Source: Chloroflexota bacterium (GTDB lineage: Bacteria; Chloroflexota; Dehalococcoidia; UBA2979). Taken from it: a DNA stretch of 50,791 nt. Positions 27,310 to 37,068 of the stretch are shown in pieces. Location of the stretch: positions 1 to 50,791 of the forward strand of contig JAQCIU010000023.1 in NCBI GenBank assembly GCA_027593235.1, given 5' to 3'. The translations under genes were made by a program, and so were the position numbers. The number at the start of each line of letters is the position of its first letter. Position 1 is the stretch's first letter. The notes under the pieces were generated by a model. That model had not been told where the DNA came from, made no database searches, and saw only the letters and a list, made by a program, of their open reading frames with translations.

Positions 27310-27846
27310 TCATCCGAGCACCACCAGGTGCAGATCGGACGGGCCCTGCACGCCGATGGTGAGCGAGCGTTCGATGTCGGCAGTGCGCGACGGGCCGGTG
27401 ACGAGGGTCGCGAGGGAGACGGCGCCTTCGTTGGCTTCGAGCCAGGCGGCGGCGTCACCGAGGGACGGGACGACGCGGTCGCGGCTCACGACCTGGATGC
27501 CGATCCTCGAGAACATCGACACGGCGCGGTCGGCGCGCGCGTCGTGCGCGAGGAGCACGGAGCCACTCTCCGCGACGGCGAGGACGCCCTCGGCGATCCC
27601 GACGGCGGCGTCGGCGACGGACTCGAACGGAGACGCAGGATCCGGCAGCAGCAGGCGGGCGCCGAGCGCAGCGGCCAGCTCGGGGTGGGCGGCGGCAAGC
27701 GTGGGGGTCACGGCGACGGCCTCGTCACCGGCGAGCGCGAGCGCGAGTGCCGCAACATCGGCCCAGGTTGGGAGTTCGTGCACCACGGACTGCGCGGCGA
27801 GCGCGCGGGTGCGGAGTTCATCGAGCAGGACTGTGCCGGTCGTCAT
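27310..27846 (-). CDS. lutC: LUD domain protein (LutC/YkgG)
   Basis: AESGS, TGPSRTADIE...GVQGP; leaderless TAGTCT-N6-ATG. Confidence 0.85.
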   Translation of the reverse strand: MTTGTVLLDELRTRALAAQSVVHELPTWADVAALALALAGDEAVAVTPTLAAAHPELAAALGARLLLPDPASPFESVADAAVGIAEGVLAVAESGSVLLAHDARADRAVSMFSRIGIQVVSRDRVVPSLGDAAAWLEANEGAVSLATLVTGPSRTADIERSLTIGVQGPSDLHLVVLG

Positions 27847-27881
27847 GCGAACAGACTACTGTCCCACCGGCGCGAAGGGAC

Positions 27882-28391
27882 TTAGCGCGCAAACGGCATT
27901 CCCATCAGGCCCTTCGCGAAGCGAATTTCGCCGAGGTGCAGCCAGGCGTGGCCGACGGCGAAGTTGGCAAGCGAGCGGCCGACGGTCATGCGAGGCCGCT
28001 CCGGGTCCAGCGGCTGATCGAGGCGCTCTGGCGAGAGCGCGGTGACGAGGGCCGGCGTCGCGTCCCACACGGCCTCCGCGTAGGCCATCACGTCCTCTTT
28101 GGCGGGCCGAAAGGCGAGCATGCGCTCTTCCGTAAACCCGGTGCCGAGGTCCTCGGCGTCGAGCGCGAGGCGGTCGGCCCAGTGGCCCGAGACCCAGACG
28201 GGCTCGCGATCGTGGAGCGCGTGGATTCGCAGGTCCTCGAAGCGGATGGCATGCCAGAGCAGGAACGCGACGGTGTTCGCGCCGGGCGCCGGCTGGTGGA
28301 CGAACTGGTCCTGAGTGAGCGGTTCGATGTCCGCGCGGATCCCGCCGTGCAGGTCCCGCAGCATGACGTTGATGTACTCGGCTGCGTCCAT
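27882..28391 (-). CDS. DinB family protein
   Basis: NTVAFLLWH, HAWLHLGEI metal triad. Confidence 0.85.
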   Translation of the reverse strand: MDAAEYINVMLRDLHGGIRADIEPLTQDQFVHQPAPGANTVAFLLWHAIRFEDLRIHALHDREPVWVSGHWADRLALDAEDLGTGFTEERMLAFRPAKEDVMAYAEAVWDATPALVTALSPERLDQPLDPERPRMTVGRSLANFAVGHAWLHLGEIRFAKGLMGMPFAR

Positions 28392-28431
28392 GGGGCCTCC
28401 CGGCGGTTCCGCAAGCTCGGCTGTCCGGCGA

Positions 28432-29208
28432 TTAGCTACCGGTGAAGTTCGGCTTCCGCTTCTCGCCGAAGGCACGCGCGCCTTCCTTCGAGTCCTCGGT
28501 CTGGCCGACCACCCAGCGGAGCGCGGCGTCGAAGCGGGTCGCCTGCGCCATGCTCATATCCGCCTGGGCGTAGGTGATCTCCTTGAGACCACGGACCGCG
28601 ACGGGGGCGTAGCCGGCGATCGTCGCGGCCATCTCGTTCGCGGTGTCGAGGAGCTGATCGGCCGGCACGACGCGGCTCACGATGCCGTACTGGAGCGCCT
28701 TGGCCGCGTCGATGCGCTGTCCAAGGAACAGCAGCTCGTTCGCGAAGGCGCGGGGGATCGAGCGGGGCAGGCGCATCGGCGCCCCGGCCAGCGGGTAGAA
28801 GCCGAGCGTGATTTCGGGGAGCCCGAACTGTGCGGCCTCCGAGGCGATCAAGAGATCGCAATGCATCGCGATCTCGAAGCCGCCACCGAGGCAGTAGCCG
28901 TTGACGGCGCCGATCACCGGCTTGGCGATCGCGTCGGCCCAGACGCGCGGGGTCGGGGTGGAGAGGAAGTCGCCGGGGGCGTTGCCTCGGGAGCCGGGGC
29001 TGCCACCGCGGAGATCGGCGCCGGCGCAAAAGGCACGGCCGTTGCCGGTGAGGATGGCGACGCGGATGTCGTCATCCTCGTTGACCCGACGAAGCGCCTC
29101 GGCGAGGCCCGCGCCCAACTCGGGGTTGATCGCGTTCATCGCATCGGGGCGGTTGAGGGTGATCGTGGCGACCCGGTCGGCCACCGAGATCAAGACTTCG
29201 TCTGCCAT
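28432..29208 (-). CDS. Enoyl-CoA hydratase/isomerase
   Basis: LNRPDAMNA, FCAGADL, GGGFE, FGLPE, AFGEKRKP. Confidence 0.92.
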   Translation of the reverse strand: MADEVLISVADRVATITLNRPDAMNAINPELGAGLAEALRRVNEDDDIRVAILTGNGRAFCAGADLRGGSPGSRGNAPGDFLSTPTPRVWADAIAKPVIGAVNGYCLGGGFEIAMHCDLLIASEAAQFGLPEITLGFYPLAGAPMRLPRSIPRAFANELLFLGQRIDAAKALQYGIVSRVVPADQLLDTANEMAATIAGYAPVAVRGLKEITYAQADMSMAQATRFDAALRWVVGQTEDSKEGARAFGEKRKPNFTGS

Positions 29209-29226
29209 GGTTCGCGTCTCCTGGGT

Positions 29227-30126
29227 TCAGCTCGCGACCGCGCGGTCGGCGGCCGCCTCCGCGTGCTTGTTGATGCCGGACGAGAACATGCCGACGAGGC
29301 GGCGATCAGCGACCCAGCGTTCGTGCAGTGCCGGGTCAACCTCCTCGATCAGCACCTCGAACTCCTCGGCGGCGGCCTGCGTGTGGGCGTCCAGGCCGGC
29401 GAGTGCGTACGGAACGAGGTCGTGGGTGAGCGGACGATCGGCAAGCGCGGCGATGCCGTGGATCGAGGCGAGCGTGCGCCCGATGAGCGAGGCGGGGCCG
29501 GCGAGGGCGATGGTGTGGCTGAGCATGAAGGCGTTCAGCGCGGTGAGCACGTGCATCGGCTCGGCGGCGCCGAACCCACGGCCGGCGGCCGGCACGGGCA
29601 ATTCCTGGGTGACGGCGGCGGCCTCGAAGGTGGCGCGGCCCTGGGTCATGTCGCCGAGGAACTTCCCGCGATCGTAGGTGACGACGGTGGCGCCCTCGGC
29701 GCGGCGGTCGACGGCGACGACGCGGTGATCCGGGCCGGCGCCGACGGTGACGATGAGCCGCGCAACGTGGTCGCTCCCGGCGATCCAGGTCTTGGTACCG
29801 GAGAGCGTGAGCGGGCGATCGCCCTCGCTGAGACGCGCGCCGGGCAGCTTGCCGTCGCGATCCTCGGATGAGGCGAGGCAGCCCCAGCCGCCGGTGGCCG
29901 GCAGCTCCGGGAAGGCGCGACGGAGTGCGGCCTGGTAGCCGGAGAGGAACACCCACGACAGGCGATCGGCCAGCGCACCGCCAATGACCGCGGTAACGAT
30001 CGGCGCGTCGGCGCCGAGGGCGCGCGACGTCCAGAGGGCGTGCCAGGCGTCCTCGGTGGCGGCGACCTCGGGGCGGAGCTGGCGACCGAGGATCCGGTCG
30101 ACGACCTCGGAGAGTGCGGCGGACAC
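29227..30126 (-). CDS. Acyl-CoA dehydrogenase-like hypothetical protein
   Basis: FLSGYQAALR, LSGTKTW ACAD middle-domain motif; shorter than a canonical ACAD. Confidence 0.6.
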   Translation of the reverse strand: MSAALSEVVDRILGRQLRPEVAATEDAWHALWTSRALGADAPIVTAVIGGALADRLSWVFLSGYQAALRRAFPELPATGGWGCLASSEDRDGKLPGARLSEGDRPLTLSGTKTWIAGSDHVARLIVTVGAGPDHRVVAVDRRAEGATVVTYDRGKFLGDMTQGRATFEAAAVTQELPVPAAGRGFGAAEPMHVLTALNAFMLSHTIALAGPASLIGRTLASIHGIAALADRPLTHDLVPYALAGLDAHTQAAAEEFEVLIEEVDPALHERWVADRRLVGMFSSGINKHAEAAADRAVAS

Positions 30127-30130
30127 CGGG

Positions 30131-31192
30131 CTAGCCTGCCGTCACGGTGGCGGGCGTCTCGGCGTTGACCGCGTTGAACAGGTCCATGAACCGGCCGAGC
30201 GTGTCGAGGCGTTGCTGCATCGTCTCGCCGGCGGGCGACACGCGCAGGGTGGTGATGCCGTTGTCGCGATAGACGCGGATGCGGTCCTTCACCATCTCGT
30301 CAGTGCCGAGCAGGTTGGACTTCGTGACGAACTCGTCCTGGATCAGCGCCGCGGCCTCCTCGCGTTTGCGGTCGAGCCAGAGCTTGAGCACCTGCTCGGT
30401 CAGCTCGCCATAGCCCTGGCGGGAGTAGGCGTCGCGGTAAAAGTTGTGCTCAGGCGAGCCCATCGCACCCATCTCGAAGGCGAAGCCGGGCTTGCGCGGC
30501 GCGACCAGTGCGGGGAGGTCATCGCCAAACTCGACGACGCCGCCGGCCATCCGTTCGATGTCCTCGAAGTTGCGACCGGCCGCCGCGGCGCCGGCGCGGA
30601 TCTCGTCGAGGAAGACGGCGGCGTGATCGGGCATGAACGAAGAGGCGACCCAGCCATCGGCCAGCTCGCCGGTCATACGCAAGCTGCGCGGGCCGAGCGT
30701 TGCGAGGTAGATCGGGACATTGCGGGTCGGAGCGCCAACGCGGAGCGCGCGTCCTTCGCCGCCGGGAATCGGGAGCTGGTAGACCTTGCCCTCGTAGGCA
30801 ACGCGCTCGCCGCTCATCGCGAGGCGAAGGATCTCGACGGTCTCGCGGAGGCGGGTGTACGGCGGGCTGAAGGGGACGCCATGCCAGCCCTCGATCACCT
30901 GGGGGCCGCTGGTGCCGAGGCCGAGGACGAAACGGTCGCCGGTCATCGAGGCCATCGCGAGCGCGGTCATCGCGAGCGTGGCGGGCGAACGCGCGCCGAC
31001 CTGGGCGATCGCGCAGCCGAGGGTGAGGCGCGCGGTCTTGCCGGCGAAGTAGGCCACCGGCGTAAACGCATCGAAGCCCCAGGTCTCGCCGCCCCAGGCG
31101 CTGTCGACGCCGAGTCGCTCGACCTCGGTGATCCACGTCTCCGCGGCCTGCCAATCCTCGTGCTGGACGCCGAGGCCGACGGCGGTCTTCAT
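30131..31192 (-). CDS. LLM class F420-dependent oxidoreductase
   Basis: ETWGFDA, ARSPATLAMTA, LGLGTSGPQVIEGWHG. Confidence 0.9.
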   Translation of the reverse strand: MKTAVGLGVQHEDWQAAETWITEVERLGVDSAWGGETWGFDAFTPVAYFAGKTARLTLGCAIAQVGARSPATLAMTALAMASMTGDRFVLGLGTSGPQVIEGWHGVPFSPPYTRLRETVEILRLAMSGERVAYEGKVYQLPIPGGEGRALRVGAPTRNVPIYLATLGPRSLRMTGELADGWVASSFMPDHAAVFLDEIRAGAAAAGRNFEDIERMAGGVVEFGDDLPALVAPRKPGFAFEMGAMGSPEHNFYRDAYSRQGYGELTEQVLKLWLDRKREEAAALIQDEFVTKSNLLGTDEMVKDRIRVYRDNGITTLRVSPAGETMQQRLDTLGRFMDLFNAVNAETPATVTAG

Positions 31193-31728
31193 GCCGATGC
31201 TCCGGGGTAGCCGGCCGCCGCCTTCACCGCCTCGATCTGTCCTTTGTGGTCCAGGTCGTGCGTGCGCTGGAAGAGGTACCAGGCGCGGGCGTGGAGTTCG
31301 CCGAACATCGAGTGCGGCGCGGTCGGCTCGAGCGCCGGCTTCGGCGGTAACTCCTGCGTAGCGGCCGCCCAGTCGATGCCATCCTCGCGGAGCTGATCGC
31401 GGAGCTGATCCATCGTCGCTTCGGTGGTCTTGCGCGGCGGATCGATGTTGGAAGAGTCGGCGGTGTCGCCGGCGGACAGGGCCTGGACGACGCGGCGCGT
31501 GTTGCGGGAGCCGTTGATGACGTGGAGGGCGACCTCCTTGATGCTCCAATCCTCGGCCGAGGGCGACCACGCCGCTTCCGCGTCCGATATGCCAGCGAGC
31601 GAGTCGAGCAGCTCGAGACGAGCCTGCACGGCGCGCGGCCACAGTTCGCTGAACGAGTAGCGCTCGCCCTGTTTCAGGTAGTAGCCCCGCATGCGATCGA
31701 ACTCGGCCTGCTGTTCGGGGCTGGTCAC
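31189..31728 (-). CDS. DinB family protein
   Basis: WSIKEVALHV, PHSMFGEL, HDLDH. Confidence 0.85.
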   Translation of the reverse strand: MTSPEQQAEFDRMRGYYLKQGERYSFSELWPRAVQARLELLDSLAGISDAEAAWSPSAEDWSIKEVALHVINGSRNTRRVVQALSAGDTADSSNIDPPRKTTEATMDQLRDQLREDGIDWAAATQELPPKPALEPTAPHSMFGELHARAWYLFQRTHDLDHKGQIEAVKAAAGYPGASA

Positions 31729-31783
31729 GACAACGTCCTCGCTTGCGGTCAGTCTCCTGGTGAACCGGACTCTAGTCCGCGTG

Positions 31784-31800
31784 AGTTGTTCAGTGCAACT
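31784..31800. promoter_or_regulatory. Palindromic operator between divergent dinB and hxlR-type genes
   Basis: AGTTG-N7-CAACT just upstream of -10 TAGGCT. Confidence 0.55.
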
Positions 31801-31820
31801 GACTCGGCTAGGCTGCGTCG

Positions 31821-32273
31821 ATGCGAGGCGTAAAGCTCTCTGACCTGCACTGCTCGGTGGCGCGCACGCTCGATATCGTCGGCGAGCGCTGGACCCTGCT
31901 CGTGCTGCGCGATGCGTTCAACGGCAAGCGCCGCTTCGAGGAGTTCGCCGCGAGTCTGCCGATCGCGCGGAACGTGCTGACCGATCGGTTGAATACGCTG
32001 GTCGATCACGGCGTGCTGTCCCGGGTTCCGTACCAGGAGCGCCCCGAGCGTTTCGAGTACCGGCTGACGGAGTCCGGACGCGAGCTGTACCCGGTGCTGA
32101 TCGGGCTGCTGCAGTGGGGTGACCGACACCTCGCGGGGCGCGAGGGGCCACCGCTGATCGTCACGCACCGGAATTGCAGCGGACACCCGGAAGCGGTGGT
32201 GGTTTGCACCGACTGCGGCGAGCCGCTGGACCCGCGGGCGAGCACCGCCCGCTACGGGTCGGCCCCCGGCTAG
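31821..32273 (+). CDS. HxlR family winged-helix regulator
   Basis: CSVARTLDIVGERWTLLVLR, EYRLTESG, WGD, C-terminal H.NC/C..C; leaderless. Confidence 0.9.
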   Translation: MRGVKLSDLHCSVARTLDIVGERWTLLVLRDAFNGKRRFEEFAASLPIARNVLTDRLNTLVDHGVLSRVPYQERPERFEYRLTESGRELYPVLIGLLQWGDRHLAGREGPPLIVTHRNCSGHPEAVVVCTDCGEPLDPRASTARYGSAPG

Positions 32274-33532
32274 GTCAGTTCAGCGGCCGCGCGGCGGCCT
32301 GATTCGATCGCCCCGTGGACCGTGGCCGGGTGTGCGGCGTTGGTCGCCTCACCGGCGAAACGGAGCGCGCCCGCCGGTGCCGCCAGTGCGGCGCGCAGTC
32401 CGAGGCCGCCGGGTGGCACCGAGGAGTAGCCCATCGCCGTGAACTCCTCGGCGCCCCACGCGAGGTAGCGGCCGTCCAGGACGTGTCCGTCGAGCGACCG
32501 ACCGAGGATGTCGCCGAGCTGGCGCGTCGCCTCGTCCATCGCCTCCTCGCGCGTCGCGCCCTCGAGGGCTGCCGCGTCGGCGCCGCCGAAGAAGGCGGTG
32601 AGCAGCGGTTGCTCGTTCGGCTGGCCCTGGCCGGGACGCCACCAGAGCTGGGTATCGAGCGGCGTCCAGAGGAAGGTCAGCTCCGGCGGCCAGTAGACGG
32701 CGTCGAACTTCAGGATGACCTTGCTGATGTGGCCGACGTTGAGTCGCGCGATGGCGTCGCGCTTCGCCTCGGGCAACGGCGGATCGAATTCAACGGCGTC
32801 GCGCTGCAGGACGCCGAGCGGCAGGGTGACGATCACACGATCGAACCGCTGCTCGCCCGTCGCGGTGGTCAGCGTCGCGCCGTCCTCGTCCCAGCGCACG
32901 CGCGAGACGGCGGTGCCGAGCCGAACCTCGAGGCCGTGCGCCGCGCGTGCCATCAGCGCGGAGTAGCCCTCGGGCAGGCGCCAGTGGCGGAGCGTGCCGC
33001 TGTCCGTGTAGTTCGCCTCGCGAGAGCGGTGTGCGCCGAGCTGTTCGAGGTCGGCAGAGGTGCCCTGCGCCGCGACGTTGGCGGCGAGCGCACGATCCTC
33101 CTCGGTCAGCGCATGGCCGAAGCGGTCCGACCAAGTCGTCAACACCTCGGACATCGGCGCGTCCGGCCGGTCCGCCGCATTCCACGCGCGCGTCAGCTCC
33201 GCGAGGCCCGGCGACAGCTCGCTGCCGAGCGCCTCGGCGACGCGCGCGGCGGGCACCAGATCACCTCGGAAATGGTTCCACGCCTCGTAACGGTGGGCGT
33301 CGCCGTTGGTGGGCGCGTCGAATTCGCGCACCCAGTCCCAGGTGGCGACCAGCTCGCCGTGGATGAACTCGGCACCCAACTCGACTGGGTGCGCGGCCAG
33401 CGTGGCGTCGGTGAGGGTGCGACCGCCGATCCGGTCGCGCGCCTCGAAGGTCACGACCTCATGGCCGGCGGTCGAGGCGGCGCGACCGGCGGCGATGCCG
33501 GCGGCGCCCGCGCCAATGACTGCGACTCGCAT
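32270..33532 (-). CDS. Flavin-containing amine oxidase family protein
   Basis: GAGAAG, EARDRIGGR, ELGAEFIHG, FAGEAT..TVHGAIESG. Confidence 0.9.
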   Translation of the reverse strand: MRVAVIGAGAAGIAAGRAASTAGHEVVTFEARDRIGGRTLTDATLAAHPVELGAEFIHGELVATWDWVREFDAPTNGDAHRYEAWNHFRGDLVPAARVAEALGSELSPGLAELTRAWNAADRPDAPMSEVLTTWSDRFGHALTEEDRALAANVAAQGTSADLEQLGAHRSREANYTDSGTLRHWRLPEGYSALMARAAHGLEVRLGTAVSRVRWDEDGATLTTATGEQRFDRVIVTLPLGVLQRDAVEFDPPLPEAKRDAIARLNVGHISKVILKFDAVYWPPELTFLWTPLDTQLWWRPGQGQPNEQPLLTAFFGGADAAALEGATREEAMDEATRQLGDILGRSLDGHVLDGRYLAWGAEEFTAMGYSSVPPGGLGLRAALAAPAGALRFAGEATNAAHPATVHGAIESGRRAAAELT

Positions 33533-33612
33533 ACAAGAACTCCGCCCTTACGGGCGGAGTGTAGCGATGCTCGATCCGGCTACGGGAGCGAGCGGAGTCG
33601 GCTCGGTGAGGA

Positions 33613-33972
33613 TCAGGCCGGGACGGCGCCCCAGGCGTTGGTCTGCGGTTGGCTCGGCTGAACCGCGAGGTAGATCACGTAGATCCAACCCAGGAACGGG
33701 ATCAATCCGATTAAGAGGTACCAGCCGGGCTTGCCGATGTCGTGCATGCGGCGAACCGCGTAGGCGAGGCCCGGGAGGAAGAGCGCCAGCGCGGCGATAA
33801 AGTTGAGAATCGACCCGACCCCGATGATTGAACCGACGATCGAGGTCACGATGGAAACCACGACCGCGAACAGGACCCAGAGCCAGTACTGGCGTCGCGC
33901 CGCTCTGCCTTCGAAGTTGACGTAGTTATTGAACCCGACGCGAACCGCGTCCTCAATGCTCGCCCTGTCCAC
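33613..33972 (-). CDS. DUF805 domain membrane protein
   Basis: YVNFEGRA.R..YW, VRRMHD.G..GW, N.WG; GTG 33972 after GGGAG. Confidence 0.88.
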   Translation of the reverse strand: MDRASIEDAVRVGFNNYVNFEGRAARRQYWLWVLFAVVVSIVTSIVGSIIGVGSILNFIAALALFLPGLAYAVRRMHDIGKPGWYLLIGLIPFLGWIYVIYLAVQPSQPQTNAWGAVPA

Positions 33973-34100
33973 TTCGCGCTCCCTGCCATTTGGAAATCCA
34001 TGCGAGACCGCCGCATCATAGCGGCATCCCTCGCTTGTGCCCGCCTCGATACTCACGCGCGGCGCAGTACCGCTGGAGTTGCGACCGCCGAGGTGTCGCC

Positions 34101-35570
34101 CTACCCCTCGACAAACTCCGCGCTCGCACTCACGAGGTGCCCGCCACCTTTCGCCGGCGCGACGATGAGCCGCTGGGTGTAGCGCCCGGCCTCGAGGTCG
34201 CGCGATGCCACGTGCTCCCGCGGCGTTGGAGCGCCCGAGGGCGTGCCATCGACCAGTGCCTCCTCGATCGCGCGGCCGTCCATGTGCGGCGGCGCGTCGA
34301 TCCCGAGGATGCGTAGCACCGTCGGCGCGAGATCCGGGTGCCCGCTGACCGAGGTCAACGAGACGCCTCGGTGGAACGCGGGCCCGCGGGCGGCGGTGAA
34401 GGTGCGCAGCTCGCGAGGGCTCATTGAGCCGTGCTGGCCCTGACCGACCTTTCCGCCGGTCGCGTAGGCATAGCCCGGCTGGCCGTGCTCGTTCTTGCGG
34501 TCGTCCCAGGAGAACGAGACGGCGAGATCGGGGCCTCGCGCGCCGTAGAGGCCGACGAGCGAGGTGGGGTGCGTGCCCTCAACGGCGCCGTATCGATCAG
34601 CGACGAGGATGGGGCCCGCCCAGTGTTGCGCCATCAAGTAGGTGGCGAGCCGGTCGACCACCACGGCGTCGTGATCGGGGACGTAGAGGAGCACCGCGCC
34701 GCCGTTGTCGGCGACGACCACGCCGCCGGGCGCGCCGGGGCCGGCAAATCCGGCGGCAGCGAGCAACTCGGACATCGGCACCAACGCGTCGACGGTCGAA
34801 TGGCCGTGATCGCAGGTCACGATCACGTTCGTCTCGGCGGCGCGACCGCTCTCCTCGAGGAAGTCGAGGAGCCGGCCAAAGCCGGCGTCGGCGGCGCGCA
34901 CGGCGGCGTGGACGCGCGGCGAGTTGAGCGGTGAGCCGTGCTGCGAGCCGTCGGGCTCGGAGCACCAGAAGAGGGCGACCGCCGGATCGCGTTCGGCGAT
35001 CACGTACTCGGTGCCAATGTCGATCATCCGCTCGATCCGCGCCGCGTTCGGCAAGGCGGAGGCGGGCCACGCTCCGAAGCGTGCGTGGAGCGTTTCAGAC
35101 AGGCCGAGCGGGAGCGCGTACTCCGGGTGGATCGTCGCGCCGAATGACGCGTCGTCGCCGTTCGGGAGGTGGACGAACGACTGGCCGGTCGAGCCGATGC
35201 CGATGGCGACGTACTCCAGGCTGTGTTCCGCCAGCACCTCGGCGAGGGTGGGGACGAGGAGGACGTGGCCGGCGCGTTCGCGGAGCTCCAGAAACTCCGG
35301 TCGCATGGCGTTCATCGTGTTGGTCGGATGGAACTCCGGGATCAGCGATCGGTTGCCCGGTAGGCCATGCGTTCCCGGGAAGCATCCGGTCACGATCGAG
35401 GACGCGTTGACCCTCGTCACCGTCGGAAACACGGGTTGGTGCCGCTCCAGTCGCACGCCCTCGGCGGTGAAGGCGCTCAGCCGAGGCATCAGTTCCGGTG
35501 TCACCAGTTCCGCCTGCAAGCCATCAAAGACGAAGAAGATCACCTGCGTCACATGCCGCTCCTCGCCCAT
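34101..35570 (-). CDS. Alkaline phosphatase superfamily (nucleotide pyrophosphatase/phosphodiesterase-like)
   Basis: FDGL, FPTVTRVN (Thr nucleophile), EPDGSQH, DHGH, GQHG; alternative start GTG 35552. Confidence 0.85.
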   Translation of the reverse strand: MGEERHVTQVIFFVFDGLQAELVTPELMPRLSAFTAEGVRLERHQPVFPTVTRVNASSIVTGCFPGTHGLPGNRSLIPEFHPTNTMNAMRPEFLELRERAGHVLLVPTLAEVLAEHSLEYVAIGIGSTGQSFVHLPNGDDASFGATIHPEYALPLGLSETLHARFGAWPASALPNAARIERMIDIGTEYVIAERDPAVALFWCSEPDGSQHGSPLNSPRVHAAVRAADAGFGRLLDFLEESGRAAETNVIVTCDHGHSTVDALVPMSELLAAAGFAGPGAPGGVVVADNGGAVLLYVPDHDAVVVDRLATYLMAQHWAGPILVADRYGAVEGTHPTSLVGLYGARGPDLAVSFSWDDRKNEHGQPGYAYATGGKVGQGQHGSMSPRELRTFTAARGPAFHRGVSLTSVSGHPDLAPTVLRILGIDAPPHMDGRAIEEALVDGTPSGAPTPREHVASRDLEAGRYTQRLIVAPAKGGGHLVSASAEFVEG

Positions 35571-35724
35571 TGAGAACCCCGTGCCGGTCGATCGGCATCG
35601 TAGCGGTCGGGTGTTCCTGAGAGGTTTGCATCACGGGTTTCTGTGCGGCGGGGTTTCGCCGACACCCGCAAACGTCGATAGTGGGAGAGTAGAGCAGCTC
35701 CCACTCGCCACGACGGGACGTTCG

Positions 35725-37032
35725 ATGAGCCGGGTACGCCTGCCCCTCGCGCTCTGGACGTCCGTCGTGGCCTTGCTCTTCGCAGCCTGCTCCGGCGGCG
35801 ACGAAGCCACACCGTTCCCCACCGCGACAATCCCGCCAAGTGGCGGCGCCACCTCGGTGGCGAGCGCGACCGCCGAAGGCTCGCCGGCGACGACCGCGAC
35901 GGCGACTGGCACCTTGGAGGCGACCGGTACCGCCGAGGCGTCGCAAACGCCAACGGTGGTGGCGACGGCAACGGCGGCGCCCAGCACACCTCAACCGGTG
36001 GCATTCACGAAGGCGCTCGGTGGCCGGGTCTTCGACCGGCCCGTCGAGTTCGTCGCCTACCCCGGCGGCCGCTTCCTGGTCGCCGATCAGGGTGGGCAGA
36101 TCTTCCTGTTGAACGCCGACGGGTCGGCTGAGTCGGTCCTCGTGGACCTGCGAAACCGCGTCAGTCGCGAAGGCAACGAAGAGGGGCTGCTCTCGGTCGC
36201 CCTCGATCCTGGCTTTGGCTCAAATGGCTATCTCTGGACGTACTACTCGGCGGCGGGGCCGCGCCGCAGCGTGCTCTCGCGATTCACGGTCGCTTCCGGG
36301 GTCGCCGATCCTGGCAGTCAACTGGTGGTGCTGGAGATTGCGGAACCCTTCTCCAACCACAACGGCGGCTCGGTCCGCTTCGGTCCGGACGGGATGCTGT
36401 ACCTGGGGATTGGGGACGGCGGCGGGGCCGGCGACTCGCTCGGATCGGGTCAGGATCGCTCGACGCTGCTGGGTTCGATCATCCGGATCGATGTACGGAA
36501 GGCCTCGTCGGCGACGCCGTACGCGGTCCCGGCCGACAACCCGTTCGTCGGCGAGGCGGGGCTGCGACCAGAGATCTGGAGCTACGGCGTGCGCAATCCC
36601 TGGCGAATGGCCTGGGACCGCGGGACGCTCTGGGTGGGTGACGTGGGGCAGAACGCGATCGAGGAGATCAGCATCGCGAGCCGGGGCGCAAACCTCGGCT
36701 GGAACCGACTCGAGGGCACCCAGTGCTACCAGTCCGGATGCTCCGCCGATGGGACCACGCTCCCGGTCGCTACCTACAGCCACGCTGGCGGGCGCTGCTC
36801 CGTGACCGGCGGGGTGGTGTATCGAGGGACGGTGGTTCCAGAGATCGCCGGTAGCTACCTCTACAGCGACTTCTGCAGCGGCGAACTGTGGGCACTGCCC
36901 GCGGACGGGTCGAGTGCGCCGGTGATCGTCGCGAGCGGGCTGGGCAACGTCGCCTCGATCGGCGTCTACGCGGCAGGCGAGGTGTACGTGCTGCGGTTCG
37001 GCCAGTCGATCGTGAGGCTGGTCAGCCCGTAG
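35725..37032 (+). CDS. PQQ-dependent sugar dehydrogenase (GSDH family) lipoprotein
   Basis: FAAC lipobox; EEGLL, NHNGG, GDGG, YGVRNPWR, DVGQN. Confidence 0.88.
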   Translation: MSRVRLPLALWTSVVALLFAACSGGDEATPFPTATIPPSGGATSVASATAEGSPATTATATGTLEATGTAEASQTPTVVATATAAPSTPQPVAFTKALGGRVFDRPVEFVAYPGGRFLVADQGGQIFLLNADGSAESVLVDLRNRVSREGNEEGLLSVALDPGFGSNGYLWTYYSAAGPRRSVLSRFTVASGVADPGSQLVVLEIAEPFSNHNGGSVRFGPDGMLYLGIGDGGGAGDSLGSGQDRSTLLGSIIRIDVRKASSATPYAVPADNPFVGEAGLRPEIWSYGVRNPWRMAWDRGTLWVGDVGQNAIEEISIASRGANLGWNRLEGTQCYQSGCSADGTTLPVATYSHAGGRCSVTGGVVYRGTVVPEIAGSYLYSDFCSGELWALPADGSSAPVIVASGLGNVASIGVYAAGEVYVLRFGQSIVRLVSP

Positions 37033-37068
37033 CTTACGAGGCCAGCACCCCGCCATGGAGGGACAGCG

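Noticed and set aside
35600-35670. Glycine riboswitch on the minus strand (CTCTCAGG...GACCGC)
   Set aside because: Lacks the GGAGA and CCGAAG core segments, and downstream genes are unrelated to glycine.
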